A stretch of DNA of 64,000 nt from Spirochaetales bacterium (lineage in GTDB: Bacteria; Spirochaetota; Spirochaetia; JABEVK01), in contig CANJXC010000003.1 in the NCBI GenBank assembly GCA_947478845.1, forward strand, positions 177,659 to 241,658. The letters run 5' to 3'. The notes under the pieces were generated by a model. That model worked only from the letters and a program-made list of their open reading frames with translations, did no database searches and was not told where the DNA came from. Below are positions 9,301 through 19,168 of this stretch, in pieces. Each line of letters opens with the position of its first letter. Positions within the stretch are counted from its first letter, which is position 1. Position numbers and translations under genes: made by a program.

Positions 9301-10728
9301 TTGAATGTTGTGAAGAAAGAGCCGCCAAGCGTCCACTACTATGATCAGGACTTTGTTGATATCTATGATAAGAGCTGGGCTTGGATTCGGGATTCCTGGG
9401 TAAAGGGCGGCCCCGAAAGTGATTTCCAGAAGCCCTTCTTTCATCATACCTCCAGCCCGACCATCCACCTTTTTGATTCGTGCATGGCGAGTTTTTTTCT
9501 CGTTTACAGCAATGGCATCTACTCCCCGCTTACCCTGCTGGACAACTTTTATCAGAAGCAGGAAGCCAGCGGCGCTATCCGAGGCGAGTACAGCGTAGAA
9601 ACCGGCCTTCCGGTGCTCCATCCCGACAACCCTGAGGGTGTCCATCCGCCGCTTTTTGCCTGGGCCGAATACAACATTTACCACAAGCTAGGTGCCAAGC
9701 GGCGCATCAAGGAAGTCGTCCCGGCTCTGGAAAAGCATTTCTTGTGGCTGGAAGAGAACTTCAAGCAGGAAAATGGCCTCTATGCTGTGCCGGCAGCCGC
9801 CACCATCATGAGCAATAGTCCCCGCCAGAGAGCTGTCTACCACGTCGACTTCAACGCACAGCAGGCTATGAACGCCCTCTACATTTCGGCCTTGGGTGAC
9901 ATCCTCAACGACAAGGACATGGCTTTCCGCTATAAGCGCGCTTACTATTCGCTAAAAACCCGTATCAACACCCAGATGTGGGATGAGCAACAGGACTTCT
10001 ACTTCGATCTCGACATTGACGGCAATAGGTTGCCTCAGCGAACAATTGCGGCTTTCTGGACGCTGCTCGCCGAGATTCCCCATGAAGACCGTGCTGCCAA
10101 GCTCATCGAAACCCTCAAGGACGAGAAACATTTTGGTACGCCCAATCCGTTTCCCACGTTATCGGCGAGCGATCCGGACTTCGACCGAACCGGAAACGGT
10201 TACAACGGTTCGGTGTTTCCGGCCCTTACTTTCATGGTGATCAAAGGCTTGGAAAAGTACGGCCAATATGAACTCGCCCGCGAAGCTGCCATTAAACACA
10301 TTTACTACATTCTGGACACCTTGCACCCGGATGCCAAGGAAAAAGGATCGTTGTGGGAGGCCTACCTGCCCACCCAAGACGGTGCGGCTCTGTGGGCCGG
10401 ACGAGAGGACTTTAACCGGCAAAACTACCTGCACCAAGCGGGCTTGAGTTCCATTGCTTTGATGATTGAAAACGTGGTTGGCCTGTACATCAGCCTGCCG
10501 CGAAAAACCGTCGATTGGATTGTTCCCATCCTTGAACTCATGGGTATCGAAAACCTTTCGCTGAAACGGAACTACATCACCATTTTGAGTAGCAAGTCGG
10601 GACGTGGCTGGGAAATCCGCCTCGAGTCGGAGAAACTCTACTACTTCACCATCAATATTCTGGGTAAGAAGAAGAAGACCCTGCCCATCCCCTCGGGCAA
10701 GTGCTCGATGCTCCTCGAAAAACTGTAG
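9301..10728 (+). CDS. MGH1/GH63-like (alpha/alpha)6 glycoside hydrolase
   Basis: FDSC, HPPLFAWAE, NSPR, MWDE..FYFD, YNGSVF, LWEAY pattern typical of GH63/trehalase-like barrels. Confidence 0.75.
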   Translation: MNVVKKEPPSVHYYDQDFVDIYDKSWAWIRDSWVKGGPESDFQKPFFHHTSSPTIHLFDSCMASFFLVYSNGIYSPLTLLDNFYQKQEASGAIRGEYSVETGLPVLHPDNPEGVHPPLFAWAEYNIYHKLGAKRRIKEVVPALEKHFLWLEENFKQENGLYAVPAAATIMSNSPRQRAVYHVDFNAQQAMNALYISALGDILNDKDMAFRYKRAYYSLKTRINTQMWDEQQDFYFDLDIDGNRLPQRTIAAFWTLLAEIPHEDRAAKLIETLKDEKHFGTPNPFPTLSASDPDFDRTGNGYNGSVFPALTFMVIKGLEKYGQYELAREAAIKHIYYILDTLHPDAKEKGSLWEAYLPTQDGAALWAGREDFNRQNYLHQAGLSSIALMIENVVGLYISLPRKTVDWIVPILELMGIENLSLKRNYITILSSKSGRGWEIRLESEKLYYFTINILGKKKKTLPIPSGKCSMLLEKL

Positions 10729-10744
10729 GACGGTCCTCCCGAAG

Positions 10745-11590
10745 CTAACGCAGGATGAAGGTTCGTCCGCCGTAGACAAACACATTGCGGTCGAGGAACA
10801 GCTTCAGTGCTTCAAAAAGTACCCGCCTCTCAACGTCTTTCCCTAACTGCACAAACCGCTCGATGGAGCAGGTGTCGGACACGCGTATGGTGTCCTGACT
10901 GATAATGGGCCCCTGATCGAGATTTTCGTTCGCAAAATGGGCCGTGGCCCCAATGATCTTCACCCCTCGGTGCCAGGCTTGGTGGTAGGGCTTGGCCCCC
11001 ATGAACGCGGGAAGGAAGCCATGGTGGATATTGATCACTTGGTAAGCCCAGCGCCGTGTGAACTCGGGACTCAGGATCTGCATGTAGCGAGCCATGACCA
11101 CCGTGTCGACTTGGTAGTCTTCCAGAATGGTCTGTATATCAGCTTCGTAGGCGACCTTCCCCTTCCCTGTATCGACTTGGAAGAAAGGCACATGAAATTG
11201 CGTGGCTACCCCTGCCAAATCAGAGTGGTTGCTAATGATGACGGGAAACTCGCAAGCCAATTCACCGTCTTCGTGCTTGAGGAGAAGCTCGTAGAGGCAG
11301 TGGCTGGTTTTGCTCGCAAGGATAGCCACGCGGGGTCGCAGGGCCTTGTCGAAGAGCTTCCATTCCATTTTGAACTTCCCGGCCACTTCGGAAAAGGCTT
11401 TTTCGAAATCGGAGCGCACAAAGTCATCTGCCACCGAGAAGTCGGCCTTCAGCATAAAAACATTCACGTCCACTGCTGTATGCTGGCTCAAGTTGAGGAT
11501 GTTTCCCTCGCCAGAGGCAATGCAATGGGTCACCGCAGCAATGATGCCTTTCTGGTCTGCGCAAGTGACGGAGAGAGTATATTCGGACAT
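10745..11590 (-). CDS. purU: Formyltetrahydrofolate deformylase
   Basis: ACT domain, ARYMQILS, INIHHGFLPAFMGAKPYHQA, GVKIIGATAH. Confidence 0.96.
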   Translation of the reverse strand: MSEYTLSVTCADQKGIIAAVTHCIASGEGNILNLSQHTAVDVNVFMLKADFSVADDFVRSDFEKAFSEVAGKFKMEWKLFDKALRPRVAILASKTSHCLYELLLKHEDGELACEFPVIISNHSDLAGVATQFHVPFFQVDTGKGKVAYEADIQTILEDYQVDTVVMARYMQILSPEFTRRWAYQVINIHHGFLPAFMGAKPYHQAWHRGVKIIGATAHFANENLDQGPIISQDTIRVSDTCSIERFVQLGKDVERRVLFEALKLFLDRNVFVYGGRTFILR

Positions 11591-11602
11591 TTTTGGATGG
11601 TA

Positions 11603-11995
11603 TCAGAGCTTGAACGGGTAGGGCAACAGGTCGCCGAGGGTCACCGAGTTCTTTATGCCATCAGGGTTTGCCAGGTGGATAACGAGCTCAGGGCCACAAA
11701 ACTCACTGAGCACACCGCGGCACATCGCGCAGGGCATCGCGGGCGGGTCGGTAGCGGTTACCACGACAAGAAACTCAAAATCAACCTTTCCGAATTGGGA
11801 AATCGCCGCCACCACGGCCGACCGTTCGGCACAAATTGTACCTCCATAACTGGCGTTCTCGACATTGCACCCGGGCACCAAGGCGTCGTGACCCTTGACT
11901 TTCAGCGCAGCTCCCACCGCAAACTTCGAATAAGGGGACCAAGAGTTTTCTCTGGCCCTAGTACCAACAAGTACGGCCCGCTCCAGCTCCGTCAT
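11603..11995 (-). CDS. cdd: Cytidine deaminase
   Basis: PYSKFAVGAA, GCNVENASY, CAERSA, PCAMCR. Start reset to ATG 11995. Confidence 0.95.
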   Translation of the reverse strand: MTELERAVLVGTRARENSWSPYSKFAVGAALKVKGHDALVPGCNVENASYGGTICAERSAVVAAISQFGKVDFEFLVVVTATDPPAMPCAMCRGVLSEFCGPELVIHLANPDGIKNSVTLGDLLPYPFKL

Positions 11996-12711
11996 GGGGA
12001 CTCCTTGAACACAAAAAGATGCTTCTTGAAAACGTAGACGAAAAAGTAGCTGGCAGCTAGAAAAATGGCGAAACCAATGGAAAACAGCCAGGCATCGATA
12101 GCCGTCAGGTTTTGCATGAGGCTCTGCCAGGTCTCTTCGGTGTTGGTGAACAAGTGCCAACTGCTCCACCGGACAAACCGACCGATGAACACACCGTAGC
12201 CTGCGGCCAAGCACGAGGCCGCTACCAGGATGCCACCCCAGAGACCCCCCACCTCCTTGCGCCAAAGGTGATGCATCACGTAAAGCGAAGCCAACCCCAG
12301 AAAGTGCCCCACAAAGGCGAACAGGGAGCGTGTGATGATGTCGTACCAAACGAGCATATTGGCCAGACTCCTGTCGTTCGGACTCACATCTTCGGGTAGT
12401 CCGCGCTGAATCAGGTGGATGAAGTCGGTGAATATATAGGAAGAGTTTGGAAAGAACACCAGCCAGACGACACTCAGGAGCCACATCAGAAGCCTCCCGA
12501 CAAGTTTCCACTCGCGTCGGAAGACGAACAGGGCCACCAGAGAAACAGCCAGGGGCACTACGCCCAGAAACAGGTTCCTAGCAAGAAAAGTTTGAGATAA
12601 ACGCCCGGTGAAAAGGAAGCGTATTCCCAGCATGGCAAAACAACCGGCCAAGGCCATAACAAACAAGAGCAGAGTCTTGATCGGACTGTTCAGACGCATC
12701 GACCGACTCAT
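11992..12711 (-). CDS. DUF1361-like membrane protein
   Basis: NLFLG, WLVFFPNSSYIFTDFIHL, GVFIGRFVRWSSW. GGGGGA SD before ATG 12711. Confidence 0.8.
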   Translation of the reverse strand: MSRSMRLNSPIKTLLLFVMALAGCFAMLGIRFLFTGRLSQTFLARNLFLGVVPLAVSLVALFVFRREWKLVGRLLMWLLSVVWLVFFPNSSYIFTDFIHLIQRGLPEDVSPNDRSLANMLVWYDIITRSLFAFVGHFLGLASLYVMHHLWRKEVGGLWGGILVAASCLAAGYGVFIGRFVRWSSWHLFTNTEETWQSLMQNLTAIDAWLFSIGFAIFLAASYFFVYVFKKHLFVFKESP

Positions 12712-12747
12712 CTCAGCGTCCCCTCCGCAAACTTTGATTCTTAGGCT

Positions 12748-12777
12748 ATTGTACCGGGGTGGCGATTTCTTTGTCAA
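12748..12777 (-). promoter_or_regulatory. sigma70 promoter for DUF1361-cdd
   Basis: TTGACA-N18-TACAAT on the minus strand. Confidence 0.7.
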
Positions 12778-12792
12778 ACCGGGAGATAAACT

Positions 12793-14562
12793 GTGCTTTC
12801 GAGTGAACTGCTCACCCAGGTGAAGCACCTCAGGTCTCAACTCGCTCTGGGATCGGCACTTTTCGGCAGCCACACCCGCCCCCTGACGGGCCCCGAAGTG
12901 GCATCGCTGGAGGCCGAGGGCAACCGTTGCCGAGACTGGTCGCAGGTGAAGGTCGGACCTGGCTTTCAAATAGGTCAGATCAGGTCCAACCGTTTTTCAG
13001 GCCGGGTTGTGCTGGGGGATTTTGCCCAAGCCGGTGGCGTGTTTGACTCCGGCCTGGAGGACGTCGAAGTTGGCACGGGCGCATTGGTAGACCATTGCCT
13101 GCAGATCCGGCGCACTCTGGTGGAAGCCGGTGCTGACGTCAAAGGCTCCTGGCTTGATTGCTCGCAGCCCACCTCGTACGGGCTGGGAACTGAAATCAAT
13201 GCCGGACTGGAAACCCCAGGCCGTGAAATCCGGCTTTGGGACGAAATGAACCTCGTCAGCGCACAGGCCTATCTCGAGGACCTAGACCTGCGGCGCGAGG
13301 TGGAGGAATTGGCCGCAGAAGTGAGTTTTGGGTACAGCGTGGTCTGTGCCGGGGTGAGGGTGATCCATTGCCCGAGGCTAGACCGGGTGTGGCTCGGGCC
13401 GGGTACCTTGGTACAGGGGGCTCTCAAACTTGAGAACTGCGCCTCTGTGGGAAATCTTGAGGAGCCGGTGACGTTGGGAACAGGCATACAGGTGATGGAC
13501 GCCCTTTTTCAGGCTGGGGTGCAGATCGAGTCGGGGGCGCAGGTGTCTAGTTCGGTCTTCCTTGAGTGGTCGGGTGCCCAGCGCCAAGCCTTGGTCACAC
13601 TGAGCCTCATTGGACCCAACACGGTAGTCGGGGGTGGTGAGGTGACCGCAAGCTTCCTCGGGCCTTTTGTCGGGTTTCATCACCAGAGCCTGCTCATCGC
13701 CGCCTGGTGGCCTGAGGGTAGGGGCAACATTGGTTACGGAGCCAATATCGGTTCCAATCACACTTCCCGTTCTCCCGACCAAGAGATCCGTCCGGGCGAA
13801 GGGACATTTTTCGGGCTGGCAACAGCAGTGAAGTTTCCGGCGAACTATCAGGATTCGCCCTACAGCATTCTGGCTTCGGGCGTGGTAACTCTCCCGCAAA
13901 AACTTTCCCTTCCTTTCTCGTTGATTTTGGATGAACCCCTCGATTCACCCGAAACCCGTGGGCTCAACCGCGTAATTCCCGGTTGGGTACTCAAGGAAAA
14001 TGTCTACCTCCTTTTGCGCAATGAGATGAAGTTTGTCAGTCGTTCCAAGGCTAGGCGCCACGAGTTTGATTTCCGGATCTTCCGACCCGAGATTGTGGAG
14101 AAGCTGTGGAGGAGCCGAGTAGAACTGGTGAACATCCCCGAGCGTCCGGTCCATACCAAACACAATTTCCCGCCGGTGGGGAAAAACTACCTGCTGGAAA
14201 TCGACCGTTTGGAAGCCATACGGGTTTACCTTGATTTTCTCAAGTACGGCACGCTCAAGCTGTTTGCCGAGCAAGTTCTCGACCAGGTGGCCTGCCCGGA
14301 AGAGTGGCTTCAGGGCATGTTCCGCCGCCTCAATTTTGACTACTTCTCAACCAGCGAGAATCTGGCCCACTACCTTGAACTCGAGCAGAAACTCCACGAT
14401 TCGAGCGTCCGCGCCAAGACCAAGGACAACCTCCGCGGCGCAGAAATTATTCCCGATTATGCCCAATTCCATGTACCAGCAGAAGAAGATGCTTTCCTCG
14501 TTACCAAGCGCCTTCAAATTGACGCCTTGCACCGCAAGGTCGAGGCCTTCGAGGCAAAGTAG
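12793..14562 (+). CDS. DUF4954-family protein (beta-helix-like repeats)
   Basis: RPLT..EVASLEAEGNRC.DW N-terminus; GPFVGFHHQSLLIAAWWPEGRGNIGYGANIGSNHTSR. Confidence 0.75.
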   Translation: MLSSELLTQVKHLRSQLALGSALFGSHTRPLTGPEVASLEAEGNRCRDWSQVKVGPGFQIGQIRSNRFSGRVVLGDFAQAGGVFDSGLEDVEVGTGALVDHCLQIRRTLVEAGADVKGSWLDCSQPTSYGLGTEINAGLETPGREIRLWDEMNLVSAQAYLEDLDLRREVEELAAEVSFGYSVVCAGVRVIHCPRLDRVWLGPGTLVQGALKLENCASVGNLEEPVTLGTGIQVMDALFQAGVQIESGAQVSSSVFLEWSGAQRQALVTLSLIGPNTVVGGGEVTASFLGPFVGFHHQSLLIAAWWPEGRGNIGYGANIGSNHTSRSPDQEIRPGEGTFFGLATAVKFPANYQDSPYSILASGVVTLPQKLSLPFSLILDEPLDSPETRGLNRVIPGWVLKENVYLLLRNEMKFVSRSKARRHEFDFRIFRPEIVEKLWRSRVELVNIPERPVHTKHNFPPVGKNYLLEIDRLEAIRVYLDFLKYGTLKLFAEQVLDQVACPEEWLQGMFRRLNFDYFSTSENLAHYLELEQKLHDSSVRAKTKDNLRGAEIIPDYAQFHVPAEEDAFLVTKRLQIDALHRKVEAFEAK

Positions 14563-14577
14563 GCTTGTCCGACGCCT

Positions 14578-14830
14578 TGTGGATAACTTGTGGAAAAAAT
14601 CCTTGGTGTGCAACATTGCTCAGAATTCTCCACGCTAAACCCTTCGATTTGGTCGACTTCCCGCACAAAGCTGTCGATTTCTCACGAACTTCTCACCATT
14701 GCTAACGGGCAAAATGGTTTTTGTGACTGATTTGCCGATTTAACGTCCACGATTTGCCGAGTTTGTCTGTTTCGTTTCCTGTTTCCTAGTTTCCATCGCA
14801 GAGGGGAAATTGTGGATAACTTGGGGAGAA
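14578..14830. promoter_or_regulatory. DnaA-box cluster (oriC-like or DnaA-titrating site)
   Basis: Perfect TGTGGATAA at 14578-14586 and 14811-14819. Each is followed after CT by a degenerate box (TGTGGAAAA, TGGGGAGAA). Confidence 0.65.
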
Positions 14831-14921
14831 CTTGAAACTCCCGCTTGCTTACCGACCTTGACTCAGCTTCACCGATGCGGTTGAATGTCAACAAGATTTC
14901 GCGCAGAAACAAGGAGAACCT

Positions 14922-15917
14922 ATGGCTACTTCCTACAAGGAATTGGGTCTGGTGAACACAAAAGAATTGTTTGCCAAGGCCGTCAAGGGTGGCTACGCCA
15001 TCCCTGCCTACAACTTCAACAATATGGAGCAGTTGCAAGCCATCATTCAGGCATGTGTTGAGACCAAGTCGCCGGTTATCTTGCAGGTGTCGGCCGGAGC
15101 CAGAAAGTACGCCAACGCCACCCTGCTGCGTTACATGGCCCAAGGTGCGGTCGCCTATGCCAAGGAACTCGGCTACGCAATTCCGATCGTTTTGCACCTC
15201 GATCACGGCGATAGCCTCGAACTCGTGAAGAGTTGCGTCGAAAGTGGCTTCTCCTCCGTCATGATCGATGGCTCCCACCTGCCCTACGAAGAAAACATCA
15301 AGCTGACCAAGACTATTGTGGAGTACGCTCATTCCCACGACGTTACGGTTGAGGGAGAACTCGGGGTTCTTGCTGGAATCGAGGACGATGTGGTGGCCGA
15401 GCACTCAAGTTACACCAAGCCCGAAGAGGTCATCGACTTTGTGAAGCGCACGGGCGTGGACTCGCTGGCCATCTCCATCGGTACCAGCCATGGCGCGGTG
15501 AAGTTCAAGCGCGAGCAGTGCACCCTCAGCCCCGACGGTGTGCTGATTCCCCCCACCCTTCGTTTCGATATCCTCGAGGAAATTGAGAAAAAGCTTCCTG
15601 GCTTTCCCATTGTGCTCCACGGGTCGAGTTCGGTTCCCATGGACCACGTACGGGTTCTCGAAAAGTTCGGAGGCAAGTTGAAGGACCCTGTGGGTATTCC
15701 CGAGGAGCAACTTCGCAAGGCCGCCAAAAGTGCCGTGTGCAAGATCAACATCGATTCCGATGGTCGAATTGCCATGACCGCCGCGATCCGCAAGGTGTTC
15801 GCCGAAAACCCCAGCGAGTTCGACCCTCGCAAGTACCTTGGGCCGGCCCGCGACTCGCTTAAAGGACTGTATGCGCACAAGAATCAGAACGTACTCGGGT
15901 CCGCCGGGCACGCGTAA
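14922..15917 (+). CDS. fba: Class II fructose-bisphosphate aldolase
   Basis: HLDHG, SSVMIDGS, VEGELG, GTSHGA, VLHGSS, KINIDSD. AAGGAG SD. Confidence 0.96.
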   Translation: MATSYKELGLVNTKELFAKAVKGGYAIPAYNFNNMEQLQAIIQACVETKSPVILQVSAGARKYANATLLRYMAQGAVAYAKELGYAIPIVLHLDHGDSLELVKSCVESGFSSVMIDGSHLPYEENIKLTKTIVEYAHSHDVTVEGELGVLAGIEDDVVAEHSSYTKPEEVIDFVKRTGVDSLAISIGTSHGAVKFKREQCTLSPDGVLIPPTLRFDILEEIEKKLPGFPIVLHGSSSVPMDHVRVLEKFGGKLKDPVGIPEEQLRKAAKSAVCKINIDSDGRIAMTAAIRKVFAENPSEFDPRKYLGPARDSLKGLYAHKNQNVLGSAGHA

Positions 15918-15945
15918 GTCGGGCCGATTTTTTGTTCGGATTGAT

Positions 15946-15976
15946 AGAGGACCAGCCCAAGGGCTGGTTCTTTTTT
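15946..15976 (+). terminator. Rho-independent terminator after fba
   Basis: GGACCAGCCC-AA-GGGCTGGTTC followed by TTTTTT. Confidence 0.8.
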
Positions 15977-15982
15977 GCCGTG

Positions 15983-16873
15983 CTAGGTTTTCTGAAGTGT
16001 TTCTTTGAGGCCCACGGCGAGAACTGACCCCAAAACGAGAGCGCCACCGAGCCACTGCCAGAGGCCCAGAACTTCCCCGAGGAAAAAATAGGCCGCCGCG
16101 GCCGTTACAACGGGAATCAGGTTCACTGCCAGCGAAGCTGTGGAGCGTCCTAGTTTGTCGAGGGCGTAGTTGTACAGCAGGTAACTCGCCGCCGAGCAAA
16201 ACAACCCTTGGAAAGCAAGGTGCGACCACCCTGCCACCGAAGGCCAGCGCCAGTCGGGAAGCTCAGACAGTGCGAAGGGTACCAGGCTCAGGGCGCCGAT
16301 GACCATTTGCCAAAGCGTCACTTGTAGGTTGGAATGCCCGGTCTGCAGGGGTTTCATAGCGAAAAGATAGAACACCCAGGCCACGGCAGCGCCGAGCATC
16401 AGCACGTAGCCCCACACGCTTCCGACGTTCTCTGCCTCCGGAACTCCTACGAGCAGTGCTACCCCCACCAGCGACACCAACGACGCGACGATGCCGAGGA
16501 GCCCGAGTTTTTTGCCGTCGACAAACCGCTCGGCGAGAAGAGTCAGGATGGGAATGCCCGCGATGATGAGGCTCGCAGCGGTGGCGGGAATGAGCTTAAC
16601 ACCATGGTTCTCGCAAAGAAAGTAGGCCGTGATCCCGGTAAGCACGCTCAGCACCAAGGCACCCTTGTCGCGCGGACTCCATTTAGTGCGCTCCCCAGCT
16701 CCGCGGCGTACCAGATTCACGAGCCCCAGGAAGGCCGAAGCCAAGATAAAGCGCCCTAGTGCCAGCGTCATAGGTGGAAACTCTGTCAACGCCGCCTTGA
16801 TGGAGGGAAACGACAAACCCCAGGCTAACACGGGAAACGCCAACGAGAGCCAAGCGAGAAGCCGGCCTCTCAA
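15983..16873 (-). CDS. EamA/DMT family transporter
   Basis: Ten hydrophobic segments, WGLSF, PPMTLALGRF, LGEVLG. TTG start overlaps the ccsA stop. Confidence 0.88.
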   Translation of the reverse strand: MRGRLLAWLSLAFPVLAWGLSFPSIKAALTEFPPMTLALGRFILASAFLGLVNLVRRGAGERTKWSPRDKGALVLSVLTGITAYFLCENHGVKLIPATAASLIIAGIPILTLLAERFVDGKKLGLLGIVASLVSLVGVALLVGVPEAENVGSVWGYVLMLGAAVAWVFYLFAMKPLQTGHSNLQVTLWQMVIGALSLVPFALSELPDWRWPSVAGWSHLAFQGLFCSAASYLLYNYALDKLGRSTASLAVNLIPVVTAAAAYFFLGEVLGLWQWLGGALVLGSVLAVGLKETLQKT

Positions 16874-18447
16874 CGCAGCACCCTTCGCACCGCCAGCATC
16901 GCCAGAAAAAGCGCATCCAGTGCCAACAAGCCGAAAAAGAGGGTCGCTTTGCCCGTGGTTGCCCCGTAGGAATGAAAACCCTGGCCCAATAGGTTCACAC
17001 CCATCCAGCTGAACAGCAAGACCGATAAACCCAGGGCGGCCGCGAAGGCCGTACCCCATTCCTGGGCCCAACCGGTAGCCCGGAGGTGGAGCACCAGAGC
17101 CGTCCACAAGATGATCAAAAGGGCACCATTCTCTTTGGGATCCCAGCCCCAGAACCGGCCCCAGCTCTGGTCGGCCCAGACGCCTCCGAGCAGCGTTCCG
17201 ACAAAGGTGAGTGAAAGTCCCCACACCAGCGAGGCGGTGAGAGCCTTCCATAATGGAGTGAGATTTCCCGGGCCACGCCTCGAAGAGTTCCACAGGTAAG
17301 CATGGCCCAGAAGCGCTGAAACGAGAACCGCCGCGTAGCCACCTGAAACCGTCGATACATGCAGGGCCAGCCAGAAGTTGGTGTTCAACACCGCCTGAGG
17401 GGGAACAAAAGGATCCCCCCCGCCCACAAACAGCCCCGAGAAATAGGGGAGAATGGCCCCTGAAATCAGCGCCAGAACCGCCATTCCCCGGCCTGATTCC
17501 CGGTACACCAGCACAGTGGCCACCACCAGACACAGCCATCCCGTAAACAAAAACGTCGAAGGCAGGTTGGTCACCGGGGGCCTGCCGGTGAGCACCATAC
17601 GAATCACCAACCATAGTGTCGAAACAGCCAGGCAGGCAAGGACGAGCGACTGCAGGCCAACATTGCGGGAGGGCGAGGGCCACCAGCGCGTCGTGAAGCC
17701 CGACAACGCCAAGAGACCCAGCAAAAAAACCCAGGGAACTGCGTTGTTCAGCAACTCAAGCTGAACCTGATTGACCAGCCCAAGCTCCCCCTGCGACCTC
17801 TGCGACCACAACGCCATGGTTTGCTCGGCCTCCTTCCATTGGCCCTTCTGACTCTGGTCACGCCAGTAAAGCCACAACCCAAGATCCTGCGTTTGGGCCT
17901 CTGTGCGCCCCGTTTGGGAGGCAAGCTGCAGGGGGGTGAGGCCCGCGCCTCTGGCGAGAAAAACACGGAAACCAGATTGTTCGGGCTCAGCGAGTGCCAA
18001 CCAAGACTCAAGTGCCCGAGCAAACCGCAGGCCCTCTTGGCCCAGTGGAGTGGGGTCGTTCAGGTACCGAAGCCCCAGCGCCGATACCCGATCGGGCACG
18101 AGGAGCGGGGTGAGTTCTTCGAGCGAATACAACCTGCGGTCGGTGAAGTTCAGCCCTTCCGCGCGGAGGATGGCCGCATCGTTGACGAGAAATCGGGGCT
18201 CCACCGGGGAAGATTCAAACCCGGCCAACAGTTCCAGCAACCAGGTTGTGGCCCGGGAGTCGTTTTCACGGCCGGTGATGCGGAACGACAGAAGGCGCGC
18301 CCAGCTCTCGAGGGGCATCACACGACCTTCGGCCAACACAGGAAGACCGCGCCCCGCCATACTCCAGGATTCAGGCGGGCTGCTCGGGAGCCCCAGTGCA
18401 GACAGGGGTGCGGTCAAAAGGAGCAGAACTAAGGCGAGGATATTCAT
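16870..18447 (-). CDS. ccsA: Cytochrome c biogenesis protein CcsA (system II) with a large N-terminal periplasmic domain
   Basis: WWD motif WADQSWGRFWGWDPKE, WLALHV, GFHSYG. N-terminal LPV..EGRVMPL segment. Confidence 0.9.
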   Translation of the reverse strand: MNILALVLLLLTAPLSALGLPSSPPESWSMAGRGLPVLAEGRVMPLESWARLLSFRITGRENDSRATTWLLELLAGFESSPVEPRFLVNDAAILRAEGLNFTDRRLYSLEELTPLLVPDRVSALGLRYLNDPTPLGQEGLRFARALESWLALAEPEQSGFRVFLARGAGLTPLQLASQTGRTEAQTQDLGLWLYWRDQSQKGQWKEAEQTMALWSQRSQGELGLVNQVQLELLNNAVPWVFLLGLLALSGFTTRWWPSPSRNVGLQSLVLACLAVSTLWLVIRMVLTGRPPVTNLPSTFLFTGWLCLVVATVLVYRESGRGMAVLALISGAILPYFSGLFVGGGDPFVPPQAVLNTNFWLALHVSTVSGGYAAVLVSALLGHAYLWNSSRRGPGNLTPLWKALTASLVWGLSLTFVGTLLGGVWADQSWGRFWGWDPKENGALLIILWTALVLHLRATGWAQEWGTAFAAALGLSVLLFSWMGVNLLGQGFHSYGATTGKATLFFGLLALDALFLAMLAVRRVLR

Positions 18448-19160
18448 TTCTTGGCCCCGGGTCTCCGTAGTAGCAAGTGCAGAACCAGCCCCCCAAAGAG
18501 CAGCCCAGAAAGAGCATAGGGCAGAAACCCCCAAGCGTTGTTGGTGATCTTGAACACCGGTGCCATTTGTCCGTCCACCGTTTGCACCGAACTCTGGTAA
18601 ATGGTGAACCCCTGAAATCTCAGCGGGAGGTTCATCTGGATGCGAGCTCTCTGGTCGATTCCCCCACCGGTGAGACGCACGTCGCTGATGTAGTCTGAGG
18701 GCTCGTTGCTGGCAGGGTACTTGGGTAAGCTGAAGGCCTCAACACTCAGGGTAAACGGTAGCCCCCGTGTAACCTCCTGAGGCGCATCCTTGACGAAGGC
18801 CACCTTCGAAGAAGCCCCCACCGGCAGACCAAGCAGGAGCTCCTCCTGCACCACCGCGAAACCGAACCCGGCGAGGCAGAACAAAATGAGAGCCAAATGG
18901 ATAATCCAAAGCCCTGCGGTCTGCCAAGTGCGTTTCAGATTTTTCCAAGCCCCGAGGCTCAGGTTGATGGCTGTGAGGCCCAGCCAAAAAGGAAGCCCAG
19001 GAAGCGGAACTCCCTGGGCCCAGAAGAAGACTTGCGAGAAAGCCGTAGTTTGTACCGCGGTAGCGCCCCAGAGGGATTGCGCCAGCGTTCCCCCCAGCAA
19101 TTCAAGGAAAAGCAAGGCCAGCAGGACAACGCTGACCTTTGACGAACCAAAACGGAACAA
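18444..19160 (-). CDS. ResB/CcsB-like cytochrome c biogenesis protein (start uncertain)
   Basis: GTLAQ, GLWIIHLAL (TM His), LPFTL, IQMNLPLRFQGFTIYQSS. Confidence 0.8.
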   Translation of the reverse strand: MFRFGSSKVSVVLLALLFLELLGGTLAQSLWGATAVQTTAFSQVFFWAQGVPLPGLPFWLGLTAINLSLGAWKNLKRTWQTAGLWIIHLALILFCLAGFGFAVVQEELLLGLPVGASSKVAFVKDAPQEVTRGLPFTLSVEAFSLPKYPASNEPSDYISDVRLTGGGIDQRARIQMNLPLRFQGFTIYQSSVQTVDGQMAPVFKITNNAWGFLPYALSGLLFGGLVLHLLLRRPGAKK

Positions 19161-19168
19161 ACTTGACG

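Noticed and set aside
11603..12511. 302-aa ORF-track call suggesting an N-terminally extended cytidine deaminase
   Set aside because: The extension overlaps the DUF1361 gene in another frame. The real start is ATG 11995, coupled to that gene's stop.
15983..17683. 566-aa ORF-track call suggesting a long EamA fusion
   Set aside because: The upstream part overlaps ccsA out of frame. EamA similarity begins at the TTG at 16873.
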